Positions 14,268-25,729 of a stretch of DNA of 64,000 bases are shown here, piece after piece. How positions within the stretch are numbered: position 1 is the stretch's first letter; every line of letters begins with the position of its first letter. This DNA is from Xylographa opegraphella (taxonomy: Eukaryota), in assembly GCA_022813865.1 (NCBI GenBank), contig JALDZX010000010.1:62001-126000 (forward strand). The letters are read 5' to 3'. The position numbers and the translations under genes were made by a program. The notes below the pieces were generated by a model, which worked only from the letters and a program-made list of their open reading frames with translations, was not told where the DNA came from and did no database searches.

Positions 14268-17200
14268 ATGGGTGTCGATACACATAGACCTCCCTTACCT
14301 GCCCCGACCGAATCCTCAACGCTCCAGACCTCTCACGAAGACGTGACTGCCACCGATTTCGCAACCGACCTCTCCCATCGTACCGACCATACATCATATT
14401 CGATCCCGGACGACGGTAGTCCAATCACCATATCTACAAACACAGGGAACGGCAGCAAGAGCAAGGAACGGGGGAATATATTGGCACGAACCACCCATCA
14501 ATCACAAACTTCCCTGTTGATTGAATACTTCGAAGGTGGAAAGGGGCCTAATGTGCACGCAAGGCCTAGTGTTCGAGTAAAGGTTACACCATCGTCAGCG
14601 CGCAAGTCCAAGGATACCAAGGATCACATCCAAATCACCGAAGCAGGTGGGCATCGCAAACCTTTGTACACCCGACGTATATCGTTGGGCCCGAGAGGTA
14701 CTGGAGAACTACGCGGAGTGGATAGTGACGAGCGTAGCATCAGCTCCTACACATCAGCCGCGGAAGATTCCAGCTTAGCGGGACGACGACCACCAGTGGA
14801 GATTGAGGTTTTGCACAAGGACCAAGGAAGCGACCTATCTACCGTAAATCGCCCAGGAGAGCACCAGTATATTGTACAGAACGCTTCCGATATCTCATCG
14901 ATGCCTCCAGACAGTATGCTGGAAGGGAACCTTGCGAGCACCGGTCCTCGCCGGAATAGAAGTCGAAGTGTGACCAGGGATAGGGTTATAGCGACCAACG
15001 ACACCCTGAAAACTCCAAGTCGGCGTCGCAGCAGAAGTCTGAGTCGTGAAAGGATCACCAAGAAAGTCATCGAAAAGCTTGGCAACAAATCGCCAAATGT
15101 GAGCAGTCACAAGCTCAAGCACGGAAGCAAGAGTCGGAGCCGAAGTATATCGAAGGAACAGATCTTGGAGACCGTCCCATCTCCGAAGAGGCGGTCTAGT
15201 AGACATCACAACGTTGAAGAACTGCCAAGTGCTACCGAGTCCAGTCTGTTGACAGCATCTCAAGTGTCTGAGAAGCGCAGGTCTGGAGACCAATACTCCT
15301 TCAGATCAGGAACTTCTAAGTCATCTATTAACAATCCCAAGCTACTCGAGACTGTAGAGGATGCTATTCGTCGCCTCATCCTACCAGAGCTAACGGCGCT
15401 CAAAATCGAGCAGAAAACACAACAGAACCGGTCTAATTTTGATAGTGGGCGCAGAGGTTCCTTGGCATCTGCCGGTAGCAGTCAATCGCGAGAGGACATC
15501 ACACGACGTGTGTCCAAACATGCGAGTGCGCCAGACATCTCTGGCAAGCCGAAAGTTGTGCTAAATAGAGATTCACAAAACCCAGGTACGATCTTATCTG
15601 GTAATTCTCTGAAAGGCAGAAAAGATCGTCGAAGGGAGAAAGATTATGAATCGCCTTCGGAACGGAGCTTCGATCGAGGCATGTCTGAAGAAACAGTTGT
15701 TCGTGATGGAGGGAATGTGTCCCGTCGACGAAGCAAGGGGCTAAAAGAAGTTGCCGCTGGAGCTTTGATTGGCGGCGTACTCACACATGCAGCTCTCAAG
15801 CACCATGACTCCAAATCCAGTATCGATCGGCGAGAACGTAGGAAAAAGCGTAGCAAAAGTCATAGCCGAAGTGACAGTCTTGTTGAGAGCACCGAGGAGA
15901 TATTCCATCGCCATGACGTCCCTCCCATGCCAATGAGCAGCGAAATCACGGACTCGGACCTGACAAGAGACTCCATTCTTTCAGAACGTACATCGACACC
16001 GACCTCTGAACGCCGAAGAGCAGAAATCCGTTATGTCGCTCGGGGTTCGCCACGAGAAATCATCTCACCTACATCAAGAACTCCTACAAGATCCCCTGGA
16101 GGGCCACGAGGCCTTAATACATATCGCGAAAATGTTTCGGAAGGCGCGATTGGTTACCAAACTTCGCACCGAGGGAAAGATGCATCGGAGACGATTCATC
16201 ATGGGAGACATCTCGATGCCGCCTTAGCTGGTGCAGCAACTGCTACCGCAGGCGTTCTTGCTGCTGAGCATATGCTTGAGCAACACGATAGCAACAACGA
16301 ACGCTCTTATGCTCACGGACGCGGTCTGAGTCCAATTCAAAGCGTCGCAACCGATCGAGATGAGAGTGAGCCACCTAATCGAGATTCTTTCCGACATACT
16401 CATAGTTCGGAATCTCTTTCTTCGGCCGAAGGTAGCCGTGAAAGGGACAACGCCGTTTCGATCAAGTCACTTTCATCTATACCGAGTACAGATTTTGCTC
16501 GCTCGAGACGACCGAAAGGAATCAGTCTCGAGACTGGGGAAGAAATACTTGAGCCGCATGAAGAGGAAGATACGGATATAGAGCAGGAAAAGCAACAAGC
16601 AATGGATGCGTGGTACGAGCAGCAACATGAAGAAAATGAACGATATCGTGATTCTCTTGGAAACGACAGTTTTAGGGATTCTAAGATCGATATCAGGCAT
16701 TTGACCAATTATACCGATGATAGTATGGACGCTCCGTACATCGATAAGGTGACGGCGGCACAGCACATTCGGGGCATAGGTGCAAATGCAGAGTATATCC
16801 ATACACCTCTTGCGGTCGAGTCGGCTGTGGCCTCTTTACACGATTCATCGGTTCTGGACGTTCGGTCCACTCAGTCAGGCGTGTCCAGACGCGAAGAACA
16901 ATCATATTTGGATTCTCCAAATGATGACGATGTCGAACATCCCGAGGAATTGGCTAAGAGTAATCGCGGCATACGAATTGGTAGTCCTCTCAAAAATGAA
17001 TACCGTGGCGTAAGCAATGAGTTTGAATCTGCACCTCTGTCCGAGACGTCTTACACCGGGAGGGCGACTTCAAAATCACCAGCCCAAGACGCAACCCGGT
17101 CTGTAAGAGACCAAGATGAGCCTGTGAAGATGACAGCCAGTGGAATCCCCCTTGCGGATTCTCCACTTCCCGAAATCGGGCATGGACTCGACTCCAAATC

Positions 17201-19594
17201 TGATATCAGTACAAATCCATCGATCATCCAAGGACCCTCAGGCGGTGTCCCCATGGAAAACCGCACTCATTGGCCATATCAACCGACTCCGCCTCAATCG
17301 AAGGGTGATCTACTTATTCGATCTAACAACAATAGTGCTCATGAAAGTCTCAAAGCCGCCGCAGCCAATTTTCTTAGTGCTGCGGCTGCAGCCAGTGGTA
17401 AGAAAGAGCGTAACGTGAACGAAACTGAACGAGATATTACTGGAAATTTACAAGGCTCCCAGAACATCAAGGGAGATGGTTATCAAGTCGAAACGGCCGA
17501 AGACTTCAGTCCTCAACACCCCTATCTGAACGATCAAGCGGTTCCTACACCTCTTACAGCTAACCTGGCAAAAGACGAAGGATATGTGTCTGCTGCCAAT
17601 CCTCGGTCCGCTGGCGCACTCACTCCGGACTATCGGAAGAAAGGAGTTGGCCTCTTCGATGATGATGGAATGGGAAGTGTCAATGAGTTGATAGGTGGCG
17701 AAGACCCGTTTTTTAGCAAGAGCCATCTGAGGCACCTCAGCGGTGATTCGCACGGTATGGCGTCACCACTTTACGACAGTGCTACCGGACGAGGTAAGGA
17801 TAGGATACAGTCCAAGGATGTCGTTGCTTTAATGGATCACGTAAGTAGTTAAATTGGTACGTTCTTCATGTTCTGAGCTAATTTTGTCACAGCTTACAGT
17901 TCGTGATTTTCAGCGTAATGCACGGGACACGGAAATCCTGGTGACTTTGGTCAGAACTGCAGCCGAAATGCGCAACTCGTTTGAAGATATGAAACGATTC
18001 ATTGCTGAGCAAGATGAGATGCTCATTGATGTGGGTGGTAAACAGCATGATCGAACAGCTCAAAAGATCATAGGGGGGCCTCGTCCTCAGCCTCTTGGTA
18101 CTCCTCGAATTCCTCGTCGTAGCTCAGCCGACGATGATACCATCGATGAACCCACCAAACGGCGCAGTGTCTTTAGGCGAGCATTGAAGGGTCTCGGCGG
18201 CCGCAGCTCCAACGATCTTGCCAGAATTGAAGACATGCTCGTTCATCTATTGGGCGAAGTGGAAGAGCTGAAGGTGGGTAAAGAGTTGAGACCCAGTCCT
18301 GTAGGCCCCCCAAGAAACAGCTACAACTCCTATGAAAACATGCGTGATGTAGCACCAGAAGGGTACGAGCCGGAGGGGCAGGCGGGGACGTCATCGACAG
18401 GCAATCAATCTGGATACTTTTCAAATCCGCCTTCACGACAAGCGAATAGACAACGAGGACTTGACGGCATTCGTGGGTCGCAGAACCGGGTTAGCACGGT
18501 CCTTGAAGGAGACGAAGAACCTGAGACTTTGATTGAGGATCACGAGCAAAATGTGCTGGACAACCAATTTGAGAACAATGAGCAGCTACTGACCCCTACC
18601 CGAGATATGCCTCGTGGGGGATCAGTACCATTAGGTACGCCACCTGCGATACACATTCCAACAGGCGCGCAGAGCAATGAGAACACACCTAAAACCAGTA
18701 CGGACAAGAGCCGCAAGCACAAATCGAGTAGCTCGTCTTTCTTCCCTAAGATCTCTCGTTGGTCGAAAACCACCGCCTCTACCATCGCAGACAACGTTCG
18801 TGGCAGTGGTCGCCAAGAACGGCCTTATTCGCAAGTTTCCAGATCAGGCTCCGATCTGAATTACAATATTGCGGACCACTATGATCCGCACGGAGACGAT
18901 CGCATCCGCTCAACGGATTTTGGTGACCAGGACCGCCCTCCGTCCCCGTTGATTCCGTCACAAGTATCGGAAAAGCCAGCATATCAGGCCCACCGTGATT
19001 CGCTCAACCTTCAGCACCCACAACCTCGCCCAGGTCCTACTGCTCGCTACCAAAACCATCTCGAATCCCAGGCGCAGACACTCAACTCCCCGATCTCACC
19101 TTCGTCTGATCAATTCGGATCGAATCCAATCCTCGCACGGTACGCTCCCGGTGCTGGAAATCGCCTCAGTGGTGGTGCTGGCAACCTGTCCCCTATATCG
19201 GATGCCGCTTTCTCCGAGGTATCACAACGAAGCGGTCCACCACGCCCTCCGAAAGTTCGGGATGACGGCCCTCTTGTACCCCAGAGACCGCCGAAGGTCG
19301 CTACTGAGGAAAATCACCTTTCATTCGCGGAAAGGTCAGCCGCGGCTGCCGAGCTACCCCATGGACATGAACAGGTACGTCATTCCCCATTTCGGATACT
19401 TCGAACGGATCGCTGACCAAGCAAAGGCAAACGGCTCCCCACGCTCAGCATCCAGTCAACGGAAGCCGACGGGGCCCAGACCCATCGCCACTTCGGGCAA
19501 CTGGAGCTCCGACAACTTGGCGCAGGTCAAGCAGAATCGATATCGAGGATCGCCGAACCATATCGCTTCTTCGGAGGAGGATTTCACGTTCTAG
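14268..19594 (+). CDS. Large (~1700 aa) Ser/Arg-rich, largely disordered fungal protein of unknown function, 3 exons
   Basis: ORFs 14268..17852, 17854..19416 and the tail to 19594 join in frame via introns 17841-17892 (GTAAGT...CAG) and ~19375-19427 (GTACGT...AAG). Ordered-looking islands include 'SLLIEYFEGGK', 'LLETVEDAIRRLILPEL' and 'DVVALMDHLTVRD'. Confidence 0.8.
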
Positions 19595-21037
19595 ATTGAA
19601 ACACTTGTTTTTCTGGTAACATACGATTTAGGGGGAGAATAATGACGGACTTTGCAAAAAAAGTGTTTTCGGCGACTTCGCATTGTATGTGGCTGTGCAC
19701 AGTTTTGGGGGTCCTCCGTGATGATCGGGAGCATGGTATGCGCCACTTTGATTGACGAATGTGATGATTGAATGGGGTGAATATAGTCGAGCATCGGGTC
19801 CCAGATAATGAGATTCATTATTGCTAAATTTTTCATGCTTGCGTGACATGTTACTGTGGTTGGAAGTGTGCATGCCGTCGAAGATGGAGCGGGGGAGGTG
19901 CTGGGCTACGTTTATATAGCTGTTCAGAAATATCACAAGCACGATCGCCGTTTTTTCGGTAGCAGTGAATAAGCGCAATGCGGCATTGTTCTAGTTTCCG
20001 GTGTCTTTGCTCCTAGGCTACAGATTTGGAGTGTCCATCCTTGCTTTTATACCGTATTCCAGGGGCTTGTCAAATAGGTAATACGCGGCTTTAAACGAGA
20101 CCCCCAACACCAAACAGGTACATAGCGTTCGTTGAACGTGGGGACCTCTCCGGCGGCGTCGACGATCTCCTCTTCGGACATGGGATTGTTAATGTCCTCA
20201 TTGCCTGCTATGCGGCCGTCGAAGCTGATACCTACACTCTCCGAGCGCTGCTGTTATCCTGCAAGGACCCCGACTACGGCCGAAATGGTTATTTTCTTCC
20301 ACGTGTACAATTCCCGCGCCGTTAGGAGCGGCTTGACGAAAGAGACGAGATATGGTCGCCCCGCTCAAATCGATACCCGCGGCTTCTGCAGCCGAGCACC
20401 ACGGAGTGCGTGGAGGACTCTGGGGTCTGGGGTCGCTTCAGGAGTGGAGTGGCATGGTGCTGGGCGTGAAGCCTATCGGTGTACTGCTGCATAGACGATA
20501 TACCGCAAACGTCAATAGGCTGCTTGGGTCTGAATAGTCGTTCCTGCCTCTGTCAAAGCCAGGTGGGAATCGGGGAACGGGATAGATAGTCTTGGAGGAA
20601 GCGAGCGCGGCGCACTGCTTGGTAGCTGGGAAGGCCTAGAGGGGATCTCAGAAGAGCCAGGTAGGTTCTGTAGGTGAAGCAGTAGAGGATACAGGCTCCC
20701 AGTGCCGTCATGCACCGACGGCACTGGCTGCAGTTTGTTGCGATTTGGTTCGAGTGTTTGTGGCTGGACCCGACCAGATTTCCCATTGCACAGAGTCGCA
20801 TGGCAGTTTTGCAATGAATACTTTGTAGATCGACGAATATTCTCGGCCTTGTAGCATGGACTTATTTGCTGTTGGCATTACTCAATTGAGGAGAGCGACT
20901 GGGCTTGATAATACTAGCCTACCTTGATGTTCCAGGGCTACCACCAAATGGTTTCAACAAATGGTCACCGTTGCTCATTTCCTTTGTCAAAATGAACAAT
21001 ATTATGCTGAGCAATAGATTTATGTTTGATTCATGCA

Positions 21038-21818
21038 TCATCTCCTATTGGTAGAGCCGGGAGTCCACGCTGCTGGTTGCCAATCTTCGCCTGGATTCCC
21101 CTTTCTTGTTTTCCAAGGATTATCTTTCCCTTTATACTGTTGTGTTACCTTACTGTCATTGTTCGACTCCACCATGTCGTCGACGCCCGCCACAAGATTT
21201 CTAACTCCTTCCTTCTCATCAGGCTCAGTCTGACCGACGTAGCCACCCGGGTCTCGCGGCAGGGTAGCAGGTCCAGGTTGCGATCTTTCCTTTGGAGCAT
21301 CAAGAAAGGAAGGCTTGGCAGCCCATCTCTCATCTGCCAGTCGAGCGAGTTGCTTCAGTTGAGCTTGACGCTGGATATCTAACTGTTGTTCTTCTAAGCT
21401 GGGTGGATCAGCGCGGGTATGTCGGAGCCATTGATGCCACTGGGCTGTGAACATTGTTAGCTTTGGTGCGAAGCTCATAGATTCTTCAAAAGGGGAGTGC
21501 TGGCATACGAGATAACTTGATGTCCGAATAATGAACCCTCGGGTCTGCCTCGGCGATGCGTCGGAGACGGCCGGCGGTCAAGCTGTCCTTGAACTCCCAA
21601 AACGTGTTCCCGGAGAGATCCGAACCTAATCATTGAGGTATGGGTTAGTATACTGTACATATAAACAAGAAACGGAGCGGACATTGGCCGGCGTAGTACC
21701 AGCGATTGAAGTGCAGGAGGAAAACCATACCCACGAGCCATCTCCTCCGCCACGGGAGTTTGAGACTCCTCCACTTGAAATATAGGCGTCTTATGGGTCC
21801 TACTGTATGAGACGACAT
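21038..21818 (-). CDS. NDUFA12-family complex I assembly factor (NDUFAF2/B17.2L-like), 3 exons
   Basis: The spliced product reads 'LPWRRRWLVGSDLSGNTFWEF...RLRRI...SPQWHQWLRHTRADPPS...WQPAAWTP', the NDUFA12 family pattern. Two GT-AG introns with CTAAC branch points. Confidence 0.85.
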
Positions 21819-22170
21819 CGTGAAAATGGTGAATGTTGGTGGAGAAAGAAACACCCGGGAGGTTGATAGTTCGCGTCAACGTCATTGTACCTCAAGACGA
21901 GTATGAGATGCACGATTTTGGAAATTCCTCATTCCTCTGCCACAATCGTGTAGCAGTCATACCGCAGACAGTACAAGTTCCTAAGTTTCGTGAACGCGCC
22001 GCAGTTAATGTCTGTATCATTGGGAGACGACTTGTATCCTCGGATGTCTCAAATATAACCAAACACACCCCGCTGAGCTTACGCCCCGCCATTGAGATCA
22101 CAAAAACAATTGTTTGCATCACCCTTCTTTGTATTACTATACTAGAGCTAAAAGAATTTGACCTCTCACT

Positions 22171-24239
22171 ATGGCGTCTGTATCGTCCCTTGATAGAGAT
22201 CTGCGCAACATGCGCCTAGAGAAATACACCCCTCGCCTTGCGAAAGAGGCTCGGGAGTGGATAGAAGAAGTATTAGGGGAGCGATTGAAAGCAGGGGATC
22301 TCTTGGATGCTTTAAAAAGCGGAGTGGCCCTTTGCAAGTCAGTGGTAATTCTTCTGCCAGTTCCGAAGTCATATTGACCTGCCATTATAGGCTCATGAAC
22401 CTAGCAATAGGGTCCCCAGGTCTACGGTATAAGGATTCGACAATGCCATTCGTACAGATGGAAAACATCTCACACTTCCTGAAGGCATGTCAAAGCCCAC
22501 CCATAAACTTACCTCCGCACGATGTCTTCCTCACAGTTGATCTCTACGAAGCCAAAGATCCGGCGCAGGTGTTACAATGCCTTGGAGCATTCAGTCGCCG
22601 TGCGAGTGCGATTCAGCCAGCCAGATTTCCGAGAGCGTTAGGAAAGATTAAGGCGGGTGTAATAAGTCCTCAGAGTACTGGGACTAGCCACGATGGGTAC
22701 ACCGGTCCTTCAAATGCGACCTATCAGCGCACTAGAGGCACAAGTAATGCTAGTGAGACTAGCACGTCGATACACAATCCCCCCTCACAGACCTTTGGCG
22801 GAAAAACAGGTCCGATGAAGAATGGTGGAACAACTTCGCCCTCCGGAGGTACCAGCAGCTGGAGCAAGAGAGCCGACGAAGGGGCTACTATGCCAGCATG
22901 GAACATTGCGCAATATGGCTATATGGGAGGCGCTAGTCAGGGAAATCAAGGAATCACTTTTGGAGGGCGAAGGCAGATTACAACCCCCGCTCCGAAAGTA
23001 CCTAGCTTGGCCGAAAAAGAGCGGAAACGACGGGAGGAGGAGGCGGAAACAGAAAGACTACGCATTCAGGCAGAGGAAGCCGAGCATAAACGACGAGTGC
23101 AGAGGGCAGCAGAGGAAGAGAGAGACAGGATAGCGGAGGAGAGGAGGTGGGAAGAAGAAACAAGAAAACAGAGGGAAAAGGAACGGAAGGAAGTAGAGGA
23201 AGAGAAATTGAGATGGGAAGAAGAAGAGAGGAGGTGGAAGAACGAGGAAGAACAACGATTGCGGGAAGAGAAAGAGCTAGAGGCTCACTTGGAGAAAGAG
23301 CGCCAAAGAAAAAGAGCCGGGAGTGACGCCCGCCTCAAAGGCCAGTTTCTCAGTCAATATCAAGCAGAGCAGGGCCATCTACCCATGAGTACTGGTAGAG
23401 ACGATCCAGCTCGGACCAAGGAGCATGAACGTGTAAAGGATCTTGAGAGGCAATTAGAAGAAGCAAAAGAACGAGAACGGCAATATGTGCGTGAGCGTCA
23501 GGGCTCAAAGTTACCGAGCAAGCCTGACGGGAATATATCGCCCAGCATTAGTTCTTTGCATCGCAGTACAGAGACTTCTAGCAACATGCCTGAGCAGAAT
23601 CCTTGGCAAGGCAAGGTTCCGCAACAGGACCTTTTACAATCTGACATACCGCCACGTCAACCGCCTCGCCCGCTTCCAGATCCAGCTGAAATACCTCCAT
23701 TACAGCCGCCTCGACCGTTACCGACACCCCAATCGACCCTCTCTCACTCCTTCGGCGACCCCCCAAGCCCCTTCCACGACGAACAGCCTTCTTTACCGGC
23801 ACGCCCGCTCCCCGACCCGACAGCCTATACCCCCAACTCTTCGCGCACCGATCGATTTCTGTCCACGAACCCAGCGCCCACTCCCCGCCAGCCGACCTCA
23901 CACCTCCCCTCGGAAGCATCCCACTCCACCACATCCGAGAAAGACGCCGAAACCGCGCGCCGGCTCGCATCCCAAACGAAGACGAAAGCCGGCGGCTTCG
24001 CCGCCAAAAGCATATTGGAGAGGGAGATGGAGAACGAGCGGATACGGCAGAAGGAGTGGGAGGAAGCACAGAAGGCGACCAAGGACGCGGCTCAGAGAGG
24101 GGTCAAGGCAGGGGGCTCCGGGCCGGGGGAGAGCTGGGATGTCCATCAGTACGGGTACATGGGTGGAGATAGTCAGAATAAGGTGGGCCCGGGGTTGGGA
24201 GGCAGGAGGCAGATTCTGGGACCGAGGCCACCACGATGA
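22171..24239 (+). CDS. Calponin-homology (transgelin/Scp1-like) actin-binding protein with long C-terminal extension, 2 exons
   Basis: 'EAREWIEEVLGERL...LKSGVALCKL...PFVQMENISHFL...FLTVDLYEAKD' CH domain and two calponin-like 'QYGYMGG.SQ...GGRRQI' repeats. Intron ~22338-22390. Confidence 0.85.
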
Positions 24240-24559
24240 GGGGTGTCACTTGTGGCTTGTGATGCAGAGATGCGGGTTGTTGTTACTGTATTAATCGGCA
24301 GTATGCCAAAGGGAGATATCCATTGGGAAGGGTAGACTCTATTTGTTATTGTAAATCAGATAGCAAGTGCTCTACAGCGCGAGAAGCACACTGTGTTGAG
24401 CCAATCCTATAAGACTAGAGGATAGAGCGCAGAATTTCATCTCGAATGCACTATGAAGCTTCCATCTCAAATCGAGCCACAAGTCCAGAGGCCGGATTAT
24501 CGGAAACTCCGAAGATAGAAAACGCCTTCTACAACCCCTTCTCCATAACTGTCACAATC

Positions 24560-25420
24560 CTACCGCCGATCTCCACCGCCGCCGAATGGTGGTGGCCCAA
24601 ACCCGCCCTGTCCACCAGGACTTGGACCCATACCTTGCGGCGGACCGAATTGTGGCGGAGGAAATCTAAAGTCTGGCGGTGGCATACCAGCAGGAAAAGG
24701 CATCCCACCGGGTAACGGTGGCATCCCGCCGGCTACGTTGGGTGGGAAGGGTGGGAAGGGCATGCCGTTTCCAGGCAGAGGTGCTAGAATTCATATATCA
24801 GAAATCTTTAATGCTTGCCAGATTCGTGGGTAGGATCATAAACAGTAAAGACTTACGAGGAAATCCTCCAGGGCCTCCAGCAGGCATACCGAATGGGGGC
24901 ATCATACCACCTGAAAATTATCTCCGTCAGTGATGCTTCTAAACTTTGGCTCAAGGGTGGTCTGAGACAATCGTACCGGGAAAGCCAAACGGCGGCGGGG
25001 GGAACGGCTGGCCAGGCCCGGGGTGTTGTCCCAGCATAGGGTTTGCGCCGGCCTGCCCTTCGGCGGCATAGGAAGAGGTAATAGAGTCGATCACAGACTG
25101 TGCTTTCTCGTGGCCGATTTCTGTGTTCAAGTCCCCGTCAGCAATGCTATCGTTTCGCAAGGATTTTATAGCGCAGAAACGTATTCTACGTACGTTGGTA
25201 GTAGTCAACCACATTTCGCAGGTGGTTCTTCCCGGTATTGTGCGCTTTCCGGACGCTCATGGAGTCGTGCGTGAGGTAGACATCGCAGTAGTCACCTTCC
25301 GAGGATTAGGCAAGCAGCTCTGGACTGTGGAGCGCGGGCCGGCGAGAGGAAACCTACAGAAGAGTGGATGGTTGTTAGTGAGGTACAGAACGTTGAGAGG
25401 TATAACTTATATTTTGGCAT
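24560..25420 (-). CDS. SNRPC: U1 snRNP protein C (U1-C, Yhc1/SNRPC orthologue), 6 exons: 25420-25411, 25363-25358, 25295-25194, 25120-24977, 24910-24857, 24783-24560
   Basis: Spliced translation '[61 protein letters not shown]' (matrin-type zinc finger) followed by a Pro/Gly-rich tail. Intron 1 is AT-AC, introns 2-5 are GT-AG. Confidence 0.95.
25364..25410 (-). other. Non-canonical AT-AC intron (47 nt, U2-type signals) in the U1-C gene
   Basis: Minus strand reads ATGCCAAAAT|ATAAGT...CACTAACAACCATCCAC|TCTTCT|GTAGGT. Its removal restores MPKFFC exactly. Branch point CTAAC at 25378-25374. Confidence 0.85.
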
Positions 25421-25729
25421 CTTGAGGCAGTCACTTCATGGACCCAACAAAATGGATGTGGCTGTAGTGACCTTGAATGTGGAGCGAATGCGGTGGAAGT
25501 CGCCAAACTTTCAGCCTTACGATGGAGCTGATGGAAATGGTCTAGCGCGAATGCCTTAACTTTCCTCTGAAATTGGGCTGACATTTCGTGATTGCGTCCA
25601 TATGAATAATGCTTGAAGCGGGCTTGTATGCGTTTGATGTCTGGAAAATATTATTCTAACTAATACTAAAACTACATTTCGGGGTATATTGCTGTCGACT
25701 GCCTCCATGATCCATAAAAGTACAGTCTA

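Noticed and set aside
20040..20820. Minus-strand stretches that read like a decayed gene
   Set aside because: The frames are interrupted by stops and I recognise no family motif, so support is insufficient.
25364..25410. Interpreting the U1-C AT-AC intron as U12-type, or the region as a stwintron
   Set aside because: The donor is ATAAGT rather than ATATCCT and the branch point is CTAAC rather than TCCTTAAC. Nested GT-AG splicing using GTTATA...GTAG yields MPKYK-stop, not U1-C.
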